Positions 1-10,730 of a stretch of 64,000 nt of DNA are shown piece by piece. The stretch's first letter is position 1; every line of letters begins with the position of its first letter. Origin of the DNA: a virus; IMG/VR virus record IMGVR_UViG_3300025401_000028, positions 3,979 through 67,978 of that record; one strand, given 5' to 3'. Both the position numbers and the translations under genes were made by a program. The notes under the pieces were generated by a model, which made no database searches, was not told the origin of the DNA, and worked only from the letters and a program-made list of their open reading frames with translations.

Positions 1-246
1 AGTGATGTAAAGGCTGTTGCCATATGTTAAAAAGTTAGCTGCGGTGAACCAAGTTTCTGCATTGTTTGCGTTTGGATAACCAAACTGAGAAACTACTTGT
101 GTTTCAGAACCGACAAGAGTTGGTAAACTTACTGGTCCCCAGTTAAAAATACCAGCATGAGCACCAGTAGTTGTAGCAACTGTAGGAACAATCGTAGTTA
201 AATCAACTTCAGTAACATTTACTCCAGGACTAACTTGAAATGCCAT
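1..246 (-). CDS. gp18: Tail sheath protein, 5' part (runs off the window)
   Basis: Hand-translated MAFQVSPGVNVTEVDLTTIVP...GIFNWGP is the typical T4-family sheath N-terminus. AAGGAG RBS upstream; lies directly downstream of gp17. Confidence 0.92.
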   Translation of the reverse strand, partial: MAFQVSPGVNVTEVDLTTIVPTVATTTGAHAGIFNWGPVSLPTLVGSETQVVSQFGYPNANNAETWFTAANFLTYGNSLYIT

Positions 247-287
247 TTTATTCTCCTTCTTTGGAAGATAATTTTAATTTTCTTTAT

Positions 288-295
288 TATTTATA
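288..295 (-). promoter_or_regulatory. T4-type late promoter TATAAATA upstream of gp18
   Basis: Exact gp55 consensus, about 40 nt upstream of the gp18 ATG. Confidence 0.8.
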
Positions 296-1925
296 AATTT
301 TGGTTTTCAAGCTCCGTCATCCAGTTTTTGGCTGAAACGGGTTCAACTATACTTTCAAAATCATCTCCAAAATCTACGAAACCAAAAGGCAGAAGGTCAT
401 TTTCAATGTCCTCTTCAGTTTTCTCTCTTAACTTCATAAGTGTATTTATGTTAGTATATTCTTTGAAATATTGTTGGTCAGATAACCACCCAAAAAGTAC
501 AAGACCCATTACTAAATCGTCATGATTTCCAGGCTCGGCTTCGTAGCTTTGACCTTTTTTCGAAAAAGTTGAAAGCTCACTAATTGTATTAAAATCATTA
601 ATAATAAGTTGGTTTTGTTCAATTAAAAGTTTAACTATGGAACAACCAACTGATTTAACAGTTTTAGTCGTACGAATACCTTTATCAACATTTGCGCCGA
701 ATCCAGAAGTAATACGTTTACCACTTCTGCCAGCATGCTCTGTAAATAATACGTTTTCGTATTCAAACTCGCCATGAAGTGTATGTGAAACTTGTTCGCC
801 GATATCATTAATTTCTACAAGAACGGATGCATTATTGTATCGTTTAGCAATTTGATGAACGACATCAGCATAGTCAGCTGGCGTTAATATATTACTACGA
901 AAAACACAAACTTGAACGTATGGCATCGTCGTAACATTAATAACGCTAAATGCCGAATAATCTAATCCTTTACCTCTTGAAACGTCAGCAATTATAACAT
1001 AAGCATTATTTTGTACTGGCGGAGCATAGAGGAAAAGACCATTATCTTTGTGTATTGGAGTTTGAGCAACAAGTTGTTTTAACTTCCAACCTGCAATAAG
1101 AGTACCAGAGCTACCCATAAATTCGACGTTATATTCTTGGTCAAACTTCTCGGTATCAAAGTTCATTGCTGCTAAAGTATCAAGTCTCCATTTTTCATCA
1201 CGTCCAGGAACTCTTTCGTAACCTACCCTGATTGGATGATAACCATTTTTATTTTCACTAGCATTATGCCAAATAGAATAAAAATGATTTAAACCGTTTG
1301 GTGTTGAAACAAGAACAATTTTAGATTCAAGACCAGATGAAATTGTAGGATAAACCGATGTAAAAAATTCATCCCAGTTTTCGATAAATGCTGCTTCGTC
1401 GATGAATAGAAGATTGATCGAATAACCACGAATAGAATCGGTTGAAGTAGCAGAAGCTATAACACGAGAATTATTTTCTAATACGAATGAACCTTTGTTC
1501 CATTCAACAACACCTTGCTGGAGCCATTTAGGAAGATGCTCATACGCAAGTTGAACACGACCAAGAATTTCTCTAGCAGTGTCGCCTTTATTGGCAAGAA
1601 GAGCAACAGTTTTATCGGCTTGGAATAAAATATACCAAAGAATAAATGCACAAGTTGTTGTAGATTTACCTGCCTGACGAGCTGTAGCAATAATCGTAAA
1701 ACGATTATCTGCCATGGATTTAAGCATTTCTTTTTGATAATCATATAATGTAAAATTAACAAGACCTTTATCGATATTAATAATTTTCATATATGTTTCG
1801 GTAAAGTATACTGGATCTTTAGAGCATTTTATATACTCTTCGACCATCGTTTGATCAAACTCTATGGCTTGATTAGATCTCTTAATAAGAGAATTACCGT
1901 TATAACCTTTTACTGCATTAGCCAT
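291..1925 (-). CDS. gp17: Terminase large subunit
   Basis: Walker A ARQAGKST, Walker B LLFIDEAAF, STPNG motif III, RNase H-like DVSRG and HDDLVM motifs. Confidence 0.98.
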   Translation of the reverse strand: MANAVKGYNGNSLIKRSNQAIEFDQTMVEEYIKCSKDPVYFTETYMKIINIDKGLVNFTLYDYQKEMLKSMADNRFTIIATARQAGKSTTTCAFILWYILFQADKTVALLANKGDTAREILGRVQLAYEHLPKWLQQGVVEWNKGSFVLENNSRVIASATSTDSIRGYSINLLFIDEAAFIENWDEFFTSVYPTISSGLESKIVLVSTPNGLNHFYSIWHNASENKNGYHPIRVGYERVPGRDEKWRLDTLAAMNFDTEKFDQEYNVEFMGSSGTLIAGWKLKQLVAQTPIHKDNGLFLYAPPVQNNAYVIIADVSRGKGLDYSAFSVINVTTMPYVQVCVFRSNILTPADYADVVHQIAKRYNNASVLVEINDIGEQVSHTLHGEFEYENVLFTEHAGRSGKRITSGFGANVDKGIRTTKTVKSVGCSIVKLLIEQNQLIINDFNTISELSTFSKKGQSYEAEPGNHDDLVMGLVLFGWLSDQQYFKEYTNINTLMKLREKTEEDIENDLLPFGFVDFGDDFESIVEPVSAKNWMTELENQNL

Positions 1926-2331
1926 TTTTCATATTCTCGATAGCTTTTTGGAGTTCAGCTGTAGAACCAACGAAAAGATTATTTGTTACGTTTCTAGCTT
2001 CTTCGTTCATTGGAATATCGGCTGCACTAATTTCACGAATTTGTTTCTGTAATGCCATAAGATCTTTATTAGCATCAAGCATAGTTTTCATAAGTCCACC
2101 AAGAACTTCAAATGCTCTTGGATGTTGACTTTGATCGGCAATTTGAGATAGTTTTTCTATAGCGAAAGAACCGCTTTGAATAATTTCATGGATATTCGAG
2201 CGTGCTAATTCGAAATCTGTTTTTGCACTATCATCATGTGCTAAAGCAACGATGTCTTTTATAGCATCGTTTTTTGGCATCGGCGATATGTTAAGTGCAT
2301 TTCCTAATGGGTCGTTGTTTGCATTTGTCAT
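1918..2331 (-). CDS. gp16: Terminase small subunit
   Basis: HPRAFEV and NNLFVGSTAELQK motifs; immediately upstream of gp17. Confidence 0.93.
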   Translation of the reverse strand: MTNANNDPLGNALNISPMPKNDAIKDIVALAHDDSAKTDFELARSNIHEIIQSGSFAIEKLSQIADQSQHPRAFEVLGGLMKTMLDANKDLMALQKQIREISAADIPMNEEARNVTNNLFVGSTAELQKAIENMKNG

Positions 2332-3176
2332 GATAAGTTAAATGTATTAGAGATATATCCAAAATCACTCGTTGCGGAAATAAGATTAGCAGCAAGAGAC
2401 TGAGCAGCGTTTGAAGTAGGCTGACCGTTTGATGTTAATCCAGGCTGAATTGTTTCGTATAATACTGGATTAGTAAATCCAACAGCTGCAGAAATACTAT
2501 TTGATGTATTATAATTGTTTGCGTCTGGCGAATAAAAAACTGTATTTGTAAAAAGAATAATAGCACCAGATTTTACTGGACCATATAGATAAGATTTCAT
2601 CGTAAAATCGAGAGTCCAAGTTAGAGCTTGTCTTTCTTTAAAGTCGCCAGTATATGTATCTTCCTGTTGAACTGTACCAAGAACAACTGGTATATCATGC
2701 TCGACATTCATTTCGGGAATAAGACGAACTGTCGTTGTCCAGTCAGGAGTAAAAAATGGAAGAATTTGTTCTATAATTTTAGTCGCATCTTCAGTATTTT
2801 TTACCATAATATAAAGACGGAAACCAATATTATATGGAACTGGAGTGTATTGATAAATCAAAGAACTTGTAGTTGTATTACTAGTATGTGCATACTTGTT
2901 AACTGTATTTAGTTTTCTAGTAGAATCGTATGTTATATTAGTCATCTCGAATGACATAAAAGGCATCGTTGGAGTTGCTGACTGACGTTGAATAGTTGGA
3001 TCTTGTAAAATACGAGCCAACATCTTTTCTTTTGGCCCATACGTAATTGGAACTTTAATGAAAGCTGTTTCGTTACCAGCACTATCTGTTCTTTCAATAG
3101 CGATGTCATCAAACAACGTACCGAAAAGAGTTACATATTTTCTTATTAAACTAAAGTAGAAAGTTTGACGAAACAT
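2328..3176 (-). CDS. gp15: Tail sheath stabiliser / tail terminator
   Basis: KVPITYGPKEK, PVPYN, IIEQILPFF and WTLDFTMK.YLYGP motifs; synteny. Confidence 0.95.
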   Translation of the reverse strand: MFRQTFYFSLIRKYVTLFGTLFDDIAIERTDSAGNETAFIKVPITYGPKEKMLARILQDPTIQRQSATPTMPFMSFEMTNITYDSTRKLNTVNKYAHTSNTTTSSLIYQYTPVPYNIGFRLYIMVKNTEDATKIIEQILPFFTPDWTTTVRLIPEMNVEHDIPVVLGTVQQEDTYTGDFKERQALTWTLDFTMKSYLYGPVKSGAIILFTNTVFYSPDANNYNTSNSISAAVGFTNPVLYETIQPGLTSNGQPTSNAAQSLAANLISATSDFGYISNTFNLS

Positions 3177-3904
3177 TAATAAGTGCCTTCACTGAATGGA
3201 TCAACTTCACTAAAATCAATAAATCCAGCAGAAGTAGTTGCTAGGTATTCATTATCAGATCCTGGAAGGATTGTATTAAGATTATATTGTTCCATAACTA
3301 GATAGTTATCATCTTCATCAGTAAGCCAATTTCCTTGTTCGTCCATAACGCTATAGTCAAGAATATTGGTACTAAGATTTTGTTGCATAGAATCAATAGC
3401 TGGTATACCAGTATTGAATACTTCATCTGAATATTCGAACAACTCGCAAGTCATTTTCCAAGTATAAAGTTTTCCAAGTTGATAGTACATTTCGAACTTA
3501 TCAACAAATTTAATTTGAAAACATTTATTGTTTAATGGAAAATATAAAATATCACCTTCACGTGGTCTTATTAATTTAGTGTATATACCAACTTGTTCAC
3601 TGAATACACGTTGAGCAATAGAGAACGTAACTTGGTCACGAATTTCAAGACCAAACTTCGACATAAAATTACCGTCGCCAGTAAAACCATTGATGTTTTC
3701 AATATAGATAGGAACAGCATATGTTTGGGTATAAGATGACTGATCATCAGCTGTATAAAGCTGATCAAAATTATTAATATTTCTAGGAATAAAATACATC
3801 TGTTCACCATAGATAGAAATTGCTTCTATGATGAGACTTTCAAGAAGATTTTGTTCCTGAGAGCTATTAAAATTATTAAAGAAAAAATTGGTGCTTCCTG
3901 ACAT
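3176..3904 (-). CDS. gp14: Neck protein
   Basis: EQNLLESLIIEAI.IYG, SKFGLEIRD, RPREGDILYFP and CELFEYSDE motifs. Confidence 0.95.
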   Translation of the reverse strand: MSGSTNFFFNNFNSSQEQNLLESLIIEAISIYGEQMYFIPRNINNFDQLYTADDQSSYTQTYAVPIYIENINGFTGDGNFMSKFGLEIRDQVTFSIAQRVFSEQVGIYTKLIRPREGDILYFPLNNKCFQIKFVDKFEMYYQLGKLYTWKMTCELFEYSDEVFNTGIPAIDSMQQNLSTNILDYSVMDEQGNWLTDEDDNYLVMEQYNLNTILPGSDNEYLATTSAGFIDFSEVDPFSEGTY

Positions 3905-3907
3905 AAA

Positions 3908-4648
3908 TTAGCCGATCATATCAGAAACAGGAATTGTATAATTAGTAATCATTTCTTGTTCTAATTCTCTACGTTCCTGCGTAGCTTCATCGTATATTTG
4001 CTGACCATTAAAAGTCATACCTCCAGGAAGTTGCATTCCTTGATACTTTTTAATATTAGTTCCCCACTGCTGTTTAATCAGTGCTTCGGCATAACGAGCT
4101 AACCAACGGTCGCCCCATGCGCGAGTGTATACGTCTGGATCAACTACTTGGTATGCTTCGATAATAAGATAATCGCCTACGTTAACAATTGTCCAATCCA
4201 TATCAATGAATACTTGATTCATATGACGGTTATAACGTAAAGGCTGTTGACCAACAAGCATCTGTTCAAGAAATTGAACGTGCTGCAGTGCCATATAGTA
4301 TGGAACCATCGAAACCGAAGTCAACGTATACAAATCGTTTAATGCGATCTGATAACGAATATTAAACATATTGTTAGTATTAAGAGCCTGACCGATTGGA
4401 AAAATATTAACAGCACCAATAATGTTATCTGGCATTGTAACATAACGATTGATAATATCGTTTTGAGTTACTCTGTATTTGTAGTATACTTTATCGGCAC
4501 CGTCAAAATGATAATCCCACCACCAACGAATTGCTTCATCAACACGATCACTTACTTGATCATCATCGACGTTAATTTCGATTACAGGTTTACCAAGTTT
4601 ACGTAAGCAATACTCAATAAAATCTGCTCTTGATTGTGGAACTGCCAT
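3908..4648 (-). CDS. gp13: Neck protein (head-tail adaptor)
   Basis: YCLRKLGKPVIEINVDDDQ and KQQWGTNIKKYQGMQLPGG motifs. Confidence 0.96.
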   Translation of the reverse strand: MAVPQSRADFIEYCLRKLGKPVIEINVDDDQVSDRVDEAIRWWWDYHFDGADKVYYKYRVTQNDIINRYVTMPDNIIGAVNIFPIGQALNTNNMFNIRYQIALNDLYTLTSVSMVPYYMALQHVQFLEQMLVGQQPLRYNRHMNQVFIDMDWTIVNVGDYLIIEAYQVVDPDVYTRAWGDRWLARYAEALIKQQWGTNIKKYQGMQLPGGMTFNGQQIYDEATQERRELEQEMITNYTIPVSDMIG

Positions 4649-4670
4649 TGGATACCTCGTGTTTTATTTG

Positions 4671-4678
4671 TATTTATA
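4671..4678 (-). promoter_or_regulatory. T4-type late promoter TATAAATA upstream of gp13
   Basis: Exact consensus in the intergenic gap, followed by a GAGG RBS. Confidence 0.8.
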
Positions 4679-4708
4679 GTTACTCGATTACCAACAGTAT
4701 TAAATAAA

Positions 4709-4969
4709 TTATGTATTTGCTAATGCTTGTATATGTGCTGTTATTGTAGCTAGTTGAGCCTGTAATTCTGCTAATGTTGGCTGAGGTTTAGGTGTAGGTT
4801 CTGGAGCAATAAAAGTACTTCCATTCCAAGTGTAACCAAAATCTACCATCTGATTGACTACTTCAATTAAAATTGTTCCCTCGGGCGGTTCATATTCAGT
4901 GATACCATCCCATTCGATATGATTTTCAACAATATTAGTATTGCTATTAACTATTGCATAAGTTGCCAT
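4709..4969 (-). CDS. Small protein, possible tail-fibre assembly chaperone
   Basis: GAGG RBS; directly follows a fibre gene; YAIV..VEN.IEWDG-type N-terminus. Function inferred from position. Confidence 0.55.
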   Translation of the reverse strand: MATYAIVNSNTNIVENHIEWDGITEYEPPEGTILIEVVNQMVDFGYTWNGSTFIAPEPTPKPQPTLAELQAQLATITAHIQALANT

Positions 4970-4981
4970 ATTATCCTCGTA

Positions 4982-7498
4982 TTAATACGCTTGTTTTCTA
5001 ATAACCCAAATTTTAGCACCGCCAGCAGCACCATTACCGCCACCTCCACCCCCACCGCCTGGAGCTACGCCAGACAGACCATAATTGCCGCCATTACCAC
5101 CGCCAAAAGATATTCCACCTTTAGCGCTAGTTCCTGGACCACCACCACCTCCGCCACCCATTGCCGATGTGCCGCCAGGAGATCCACCGTTGCCACCATA
5201 ATTGATTGGAGGTGCGACGCTATTAAGAGAGGTGCCAGTAACGTCCCAATTTAATCCAGCAGCACCAACACTACCTCCAGTTCCGCCATAAGCAGATGCG
5301 TAAAAAGTAGTATTTCCAAAAGTAGTATTTCCTCCTCTGGCACCGTTATCAGCAGCTCCACCACCAGCACCGATAGTGACTGTACAAGTAGCTGGCAATG
5401 AATCTGCTAATACCGAAAAATAAGTTGCATAACCACCAGAAGCTCCACCAGCATTACCAACAGTACCTCCAGTTCCGCCACCACCACCACCTCCGCCTAC
5501 TAGAACACCTACTACAAGATCACCACCTATTAGACCTGTTGGTTTTGTCCATGTTCCTGAAGAAGTAAATGCTTGATAATCTAAAATACCATTTGCTGTA
5601 GAAACTGTAGCCCAAGTTTGATCGCCACGTAAATATGTAGTCGAACTAGCAGTTCCTGAAGCAAGACGAGCTGTTCCTACAGTACCAGTTGCTAAATTAG
5701 TAGCATTAGTATAATATGATGCAGCTTGACCATTAAAATATGTAGAATTATTAGAAGTTAATGTCGCTACGTTAGCAGATAACGTGGAATTTAATTGGTA
5801 TGAGGCAGCTGCAGTTCCGCCAAGATTAGTAGCGTTGTTTGATGTTAATGTAGCTACGTTAGCAGATAAACCAGCAGTTGTTTGGTAGTTGGTTAAATTA
5901 GATGATAACTGGGCATTAGAAACTACGTTAGCAGCCGAAACTGTCCCAACAAAATTAGTGTTATTTGATGTTAATGTCGCTACGTTAGCAGATAACGTGG
6001 AATTTAATTGGTATGAGGCAGCTGCAGTTCCGCCAAGGTTAAATGCGTTATTAGCACCAGTACTATTAGCAATCGGATTACCGCCGATAGAAAGAGCAGT
6101 CGTATTAATATTAACATTGATGCTATTATTACCGATAAACAAGGCTGATGTATTAGCTACTAAACCACCAGCACCTGTGCCAGTTGCACCAGTATTAATC
6201 GAAGAAGCATTAACAACGCCAGCATATGTTGGTAAATATGATGCAATGTTTGCATTAAGAGTACTATTTAATTGATAAGATGCTGCTGAAGTTCCGCCAA
6301 GATTAAATGCGTTGTTTGCTCCAGTAGAGTTGGCGATTGGGTTGCCACCAATAGAAAGAGAAGTTGTATTAATTTGAGCGTTAATACTATTATTACCAAC
6401 AAAAACAGCTGATGTATTAGCTATTAAACCACCAGTACCTGTGCCAGTTGTGCCAGCAGTAAATGAAGTAGTATTAATAACGCCAGTTACTGATAGAGTA
6501 TTTGAAAAAGTAACAGCATTAGTGACCGATAACGTATTTGATAAAGTTACAGCACCAGTAACAGCTATAGTATTAGCGAAAGTAGCCGTATTAGTAACCG
6601 ATAACGTATTTGATAAAGTTACAGCACCAGTAACAGCCATAGTATTACTAAAAGTAGCAGCATTCGTTACGGCTAGGTTAGCAGTAGTAATACCCGTAAG
6701 AGTAAGCGAAGTTACCGCAGCAGTAGAGTTTTGAACTGCTAGAGATATTGGAGATATTGTTACGTTACCAGTAGAATTGGCTATATTAAAACCAGCAGTA
6801 ATTTGTGTTGTACTATTATTACCGATAGTAATTAAACCGCTGTTAGCTAGTGTTACTGTCGGAACGCTTGTATTACCAGTTATCGTAACGCCAGCATTAC
6901 TTACCGAAAGACTAGCGGCTGTAAACGATGTAGCATTAACGCCACCAACTGTATAGATACCTGATGTATTAATTACGTCAGACGAACCAACTTGAATAGA
7001 ACCAGCATTAACAACACCAGTTGTATAGATACCCGATAAGTTAGCGATGAATACGTTTGAAACGGTAGCATTACTAATTGCAACATATGTTGGTGTTATA
7101 GCTACGTTACCGACAGTATTGACTACACCATGAGTTAATGAATTTGAAAATCCGTATATTGATGTGTTACCAGTATAATAGTAAGTAGAATTAGTTTGTG
7201 TATTTACGCTAGAGTTACCTACAGTTAAAATACCACTGTTAGCAATAGTAACAATGTTAGCAGTTACGTTGGCTGATGTGACTGTAAATGTATTACCTAC
7301 TATAGTTACGTTACCAACAAGCGATGTAACGCCAGTTACGCCAAATGCGCCCTGTACGTTAGCAGTACCAGTAATCGTTAAATTTGCATCGGGAGAAGTA
7401 TTGTTGATGCCAACTTGACCGTTGTTGGCAAAAATCAGGTTATTATTTACCTGTAAACCATTTTTGATTCTAAATATATTATCGGTCATCTGGTTCAA
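4982..7498 (-). CDS. Tail-fibre-like protein with 12-aa and 39-aa repeats and a C-terminal Gly-rich domain
   Basis: N/T/S/A-rich repeats, TYLRGDQTW motif and an FTSSGTWTKP Gly-rich C-domain. The start may be the ATG at 7489. Confidence 0.75.
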   Translation of the reverse strand: MNQMTDNIFRIKNGLQVNNNLIFANNGQVGINNTSPDANLTITGTANVQGAFGVTGVTSLVGNVTIVGNTFTVTSANVTANIVTIANSGILTVGNSSVNTQTNSTYYYTGNTSIYGFSNSLTHGVVNTVGNVAITPTYVAISNATVSNVFIANLSGIYTTGVVNAGSIQVGSSDVINTSGIYTVGGVNATSFTAASLSVSNAGVTITGNTSVPTVTLANSGLITIGNNSTTQITAGFNIANSTGNVTISPISLAVQNSTAAVTSLTLTGITTANLAVTNAATFSNTMAVTGAVTLSNTLSVTNTATFANTIAVTGAVTLSNTLSVTNAVTFSNTLSVTGVINTTSFTAGTTGTGTGGLIANTSAVFVGNNSINAQINTTSLSIGGNPIANSTGANNAFNLGGTSAASYQLNSTLNANIASYLPTYAGVVNASSINTGATGTGAGGLVANTSALFIGNNSINVNINTTALSIGGNPIANSTGANNAFNLGGTAAASYQLNSTLSANVATLTSNNTNFVGTVSAANVVSNAQLSSNLTNYQTTAGLSANVATLTSNNATNLGGTAAASYQLNSTLSANVATLTSNNSTYFNGQAASYYTNATNLATGTVGTARLASGTASSTTYLRGDQTWATVSTANGILDYQAFTSSGTWTKPTGLIGGDLVVGVLVGGGGGGGGTGGTVGNAGGASGGYATYFSVLADSLPATCTVTIGAGGGAADNGARGGNTTFGNTTFYASAYGGTGGSVGAAGLNWDVTGTSLNSVAPPINYGGNGGSPGGTSAMGGGGGGGPGTSAKGGISFGGGNGGNYGLSGVAPGGGGGGGGNGAAGGAKIWVIRKQAY

Positions 7499-7522
7499 TC
7501 TCCCTCAGATAGTTATTTTTAT

Positions 7523-7530
7523 TATTTATA
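7523..7530 (-). promoter_or_regulatory. T4-type late promoter TATAAATA
   Basis: Exact consensus upstream of the fibre gene. Confidence 0.75.
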
Positions 7531-7531
7531 A

Positions 7532-7708
7532 TTAAACACCTGTGACAAAATATAAATTCGCATTTCCATTATTATAAAGTGTTATCGCATTAACTGCAGT
7601 ATTTACAGCATATGATGTTAATGATGTTACGTTAGCCGAAATCACATTTACAGTAGCTACTACATTTGCTATAATAACAGATGTATTAGAGACTAATACC
7701 ATAGTCAT
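7532..7708 (-). CDS. Small 58-aa Asn/Val-rich protein (not in ORF track)
   Basis: MTMVLVSNTSVIIANVVATVNV...LYFVTGV*; TAATG stop-start coupling with the upstream gene. Confidence 0.6.
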   Translation of the reverse strand: MTMVLVSNTSVIIANVVATVNVISANVTSLTSYAVNTAVNAITLYNNGNANLYFVTGV

Positions 7709-8031
7709 TACATAGATACCTCTGGAGTAACAGTAACTTGTCCTTCGACGATTCTAGTTACGTTTCCTGATCCATCTGTAAGTTTAACATCATAAACATA
7801 ACGCCCATTAGTAATACTTGCTGTTGTATTCGCATCCATTGATAGTGTTATTATATTGTTTGCTAAAGCAATATTAAAATTTGTAGCAGTATTTGATGTA
7901 TACCATTTACGCATTTGAGATTCGCCAGTATAACCAGTAAGGTTTAATGGATTATTATTTGCGTCTGTTAATGTAATCTGAGTACTAAAAGTAGTACCTT
8001 GGTCGATTGTTATGTTAGCTTTTACTGCCAT
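7708..8031 (-). CDS. Ig-like virion adaptor protein (BppU N-terminal-like)
   Basis: NITIDQGTTF...GRYVYDV...RIVEGQVTVTPEV pattern typical of T4-like fibre adaptor proteins. Confidence 0.7.
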   Translation of the reverse strand: MAVKANITIDQGTTFSTQITLTDANNNPLNLTGYTGESQMRKWYTSNTATNFNIALANNIITLSMDANTTASITNGRYVYDVKLTDGSGNVTRIVEGQVTVTPEVSM

Positions 8032-8032
8032 A

Positions 8033-10729
8033 TTACACCGTGAATGTTGTTCTTAGTATTTTTGCTACGACGTTTGAAGTAGATACAGTTCCAACTGTCG
8101 CTGTTCCATAAAGACGAACCACACCAGCTGATATGTTTGCAGTAAATGTAGCAACAGCACCTAATGTTGTGTTGCTATAAATTTGACCATATTCAGTAAT
8201 ATATGCATTAGTGCCATCTTGAACAAGAAGAAGTCTGCTCATTTGATACCCAAGCGATGTTGGTGATGTATTATCAACGACTTGAATAGTATATTCAGCA
8301 GTTCTATAAGTAGAAGCCGAGAAACTATCGGCTATTTGAGCTACGTTACTTGTAAATTGATAAGTATTGGCAACTATAAGAGTAGTATTTGTTGAAGTAT
8401 TAGTATTTAAACTTAATGATCCATTAATAACTGAATTCGCATTTAAAAACAACGAACCGCTTTGAGAAATAATAGCATTAGTATATACATTAGTAACATA
8501 AGCTGAAGTAAATACGTTAGAAACAGTACCTATCGAAAATACCGCATTTCCAACTGATGTAATATTACCATTGACGTTTAGTACGCCATTGTATGTTCCA
8601 GAAACATTAAGAGTTGTAAGATTCGCTACAGTTGCAGTAACATTAGTTGTACTTACAAAACCTGAATAAACATTTGTTATGTATGCATTAGCAAATGTAT
8701 TTGATGCATTTCCAATAACAAGAGAATTATTTGGCGAAGGTATAATGCTACCAACAGCAGAGAACCCACCAACTATAGTACCCGTAACATTAAGATTATA
8801 TGTCGTTACTGAGTTTGCATATACGTTACCACCAACAATCGATGTATTGGTAGAAGAGTTTCCGACGACGATTGTTGTAGAGTTAGCATAAAAACCATTT
8901 GATGACGAATTAATGGTACTAATATAAACATTAGTTGCATTTATAGGATTATTGAATACTGCATTTCCGCTAAATGTTGCAAGACCACCAATAGTCACCG
9001 CATTACCAACAGAAATACTATTAACTGTTGTAAGACCAGATATTGTTATCGTATTACTAAAAGTAGCTGTATTTGTTACAGATAATGTATTCGATAAAGT
9101 AGCCGCACCAGTTACAGCGATAGTGTTACTAAAGGTAGCATTACCAGTTACAGCGATAGTATTACTTAAAGTAGCAGCACCAGTAATTGCTATAGTACTA
9201 CTAAGAGTAGCGACACCAGTTACAGCGATAGTGTTACTGAAAGTAGCATTACCAGTTACGGCGATAGTATTACTTAAAGTAGCCGCACCAGTTACTGATA
9301 ATATATTTGATAAAGTAGCCGCACCAGTTACAGCGATAGTATTACTGAAAACAACATTTCCAGTATATGTTGTTTGATTACTGAAAGTAGCGTTACCAGT
9401 AACTGCTATAGTGTTACTAAAAGTAGCAGCTAAATTAATAGTAGCAGTTCCGCCAACTGTTATATTATTACTAAAAGTAGCTGTATTAGTAACTGCTAAT
9501 GTATTGCTGAAAGTAGCCGCACCAGTAACTGCGATAGTATTAGATAATGTAGCTGCCCCAACTACGCCAATTGTAGAAGATAAGTTAGCTGCACCAGCGA
9601 TACCAACAGTACTTAATAAATTAGCTGCACCTGTAATACCAACAGTACTTAATAAATTAGCAGAATTCGTAACAGATAAAGTATTTGATAATGTTACCGC
9701 ATTTGTTACAGCTAGTGTATTCGCAATAGTAACAGCACCATTTACACCTAGAGTGCTTAATAAGTTAGCTGCACCAGCAACACCTAATGTCCCGCCCACG
9801 TTAGCTGATGATTGTAAATTAGAAGCACCAACGACATTTATTGTATTAGAATGAACAGTTGCGCCAACAATTAAAACAGAATTGCTAAAAATAGCATTAC
9901 CTGTAACTGTAATCTGATTACTAAACGAAACATTACCAGTATGTATTGTTTGATTGCTAAAAGTGGCATTTCCAGTTACAATAATAGTATTTGCTAAAGT
10001 AGTAGCACCGCCGACATTAAAAACACCATCAACATTAGCAGTACCAGTTACTTGTAAACGAGCGTTTGGATTTGTATTACCGATACCAACATTGGCACCA
10101 GAAGTTAAACGCATAATTTCATTAGTGGCTAAAGTACCATTCGCGAAAAAGTTAATGTATGCTTGACCAGCAGTACCAACTGAAAAATTATTATTTCCGC
10201 TATAAACATAACCATCGTTTGGTCCATTTATAGTCCAAGTAGTATTTGACCAAAGGGAACTAAGAATACCCATATTAGTAAATACGTTGCCATTTGTGCC
10301 TTGATCATTATATGCGGCATAATCTGCAGAAGCAGATTGGCCACTGTTTGCATTTTGTAGAAATATTTGAACATAATTATTTTGGTTACCAAAACTCTCT
10401 TGAATAGAACTAGGAGCTGAAAGATAACCAAGTTGTACGTTTGAAGAAGAGTTACCGAATACTGCGGTAACGCCAGTTACGTTAAGATTCGAATTAATAT
10501 TAACTGATGCGCCATTAACTGAAATATTACCAGCTATAATATTAGTAACATAAAGAGTATTAGAACCAAAAATACCATTAACGAATGCGTTACCAGTAGA
10601 AACAGATCCGCCAACAGTAGTATCTACAGTTACGACGTTCGAACCCATAGCAACGACCAAATCATTGGTTCTCTGTAACCACGTACCAAAACTTTGAGTA
10701 TTACCTACTTGTGATAAATTGATTGTCAT
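8033..10729 (-). CDS. Long fibre-like structural protein with tandem 12-aa repeats
   Basis: SFGTWLQRTNDL N-terminus, (AVTGNATFSNTI)n repeats and a C-terminal YRTAEY.IQ...TEYG domain. Confidence 0.75.
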   Translation of the reverse strand: MTINLSQVGNTQSFGTWLQRTNDLVVAMGSNVVTVDTTVGGSVSTGNAFVNGIFGSNTLYVTNIIAGNISVNGASVNINSNLNVTGVTAVFGNSSSNVQLGYLSAPSSIQESFGNQNNYVQIFLQNANSGQSASADYAAYNDQGTNGNVFTNMGILSSLWSNTTWTINGPNDGYVYSGNNNFSVGTAGQAYINFFANGTLATNEIMRLTSGANVGIGNTNPNARLQVTGTANVDGVFNVGGATTLANTIIVTGNATFSNQTIHTGNVSFSNQITVTGNAIFSNSVLIVGATVHSNTINVVGASNLQSSANVGGTLGVAGAANLLSTLGVNGAVTIANTLAVTNAVTLSNTLSVTNSANLLSTVGITGAANLLSTVGIAGAANLSSTIGVVGAATLSNTIAVTGAATFSNTLAVTNTATFSNNITVGGTATINLAATFSNTIAVTGNATFSNQTTYTGNVVFSNTIAVTGAATLSNILSVTGAATLSNTIAVTGNATFSNTIAVTGVATLSSTIAITGAATLSNTIAVTGNATFSNTIAVTGAATLSNTLSVTNTATFSNTITISGLTTVNSISVGNAVTIGGLATFSGNAVFNNPINATNVYISTINSSSNGFYANSTTIVVGNSSTNTSIVGGNVYANSVTTYNLNVTGTIVGGFSAVGSIIPSPNNSLVIGNASNTFANAYITNVYSGFVSTTNVTATVANLTTLNVSGTYNGVLNVNGNITSVGNAVFSIGTVSNVFTSAYVTNVYTNAIISQSGSLFLNANSVINGSLSLNTNTSTNTTLIVANTYQFTSNVAQIADSFSASTYRTAEYTIQVVDNTSPTSLGYQMSRLLLVQDGTNAYITEYGQIYSNTTLGAVATFTANISAGVVRLYGTATVGTVSTSNVVAKILRTTFTV
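9050..9800. repeat. Intragenic ~36-bp tandem repeats (12-aa unit)
   Basis: Repeated ccagttacagcgatagtgttact..aagtagc units; boundaries approximate. Confidence 0.85.
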
Positions 10730-10730
10730 T

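Noticed and set aside
291-1925. Intron or intein in the terminase
   Set aside because: The ORF is continuous, of normal length, and has no intein motifs.
5889-10166. Plus-strand ORFs rich in V/L/A/P inside the fibre genes
   Set aside because: Antisense shadows of repetitive T/A/N/V codons; no RBS, and fully nested in long minus-strand genes.
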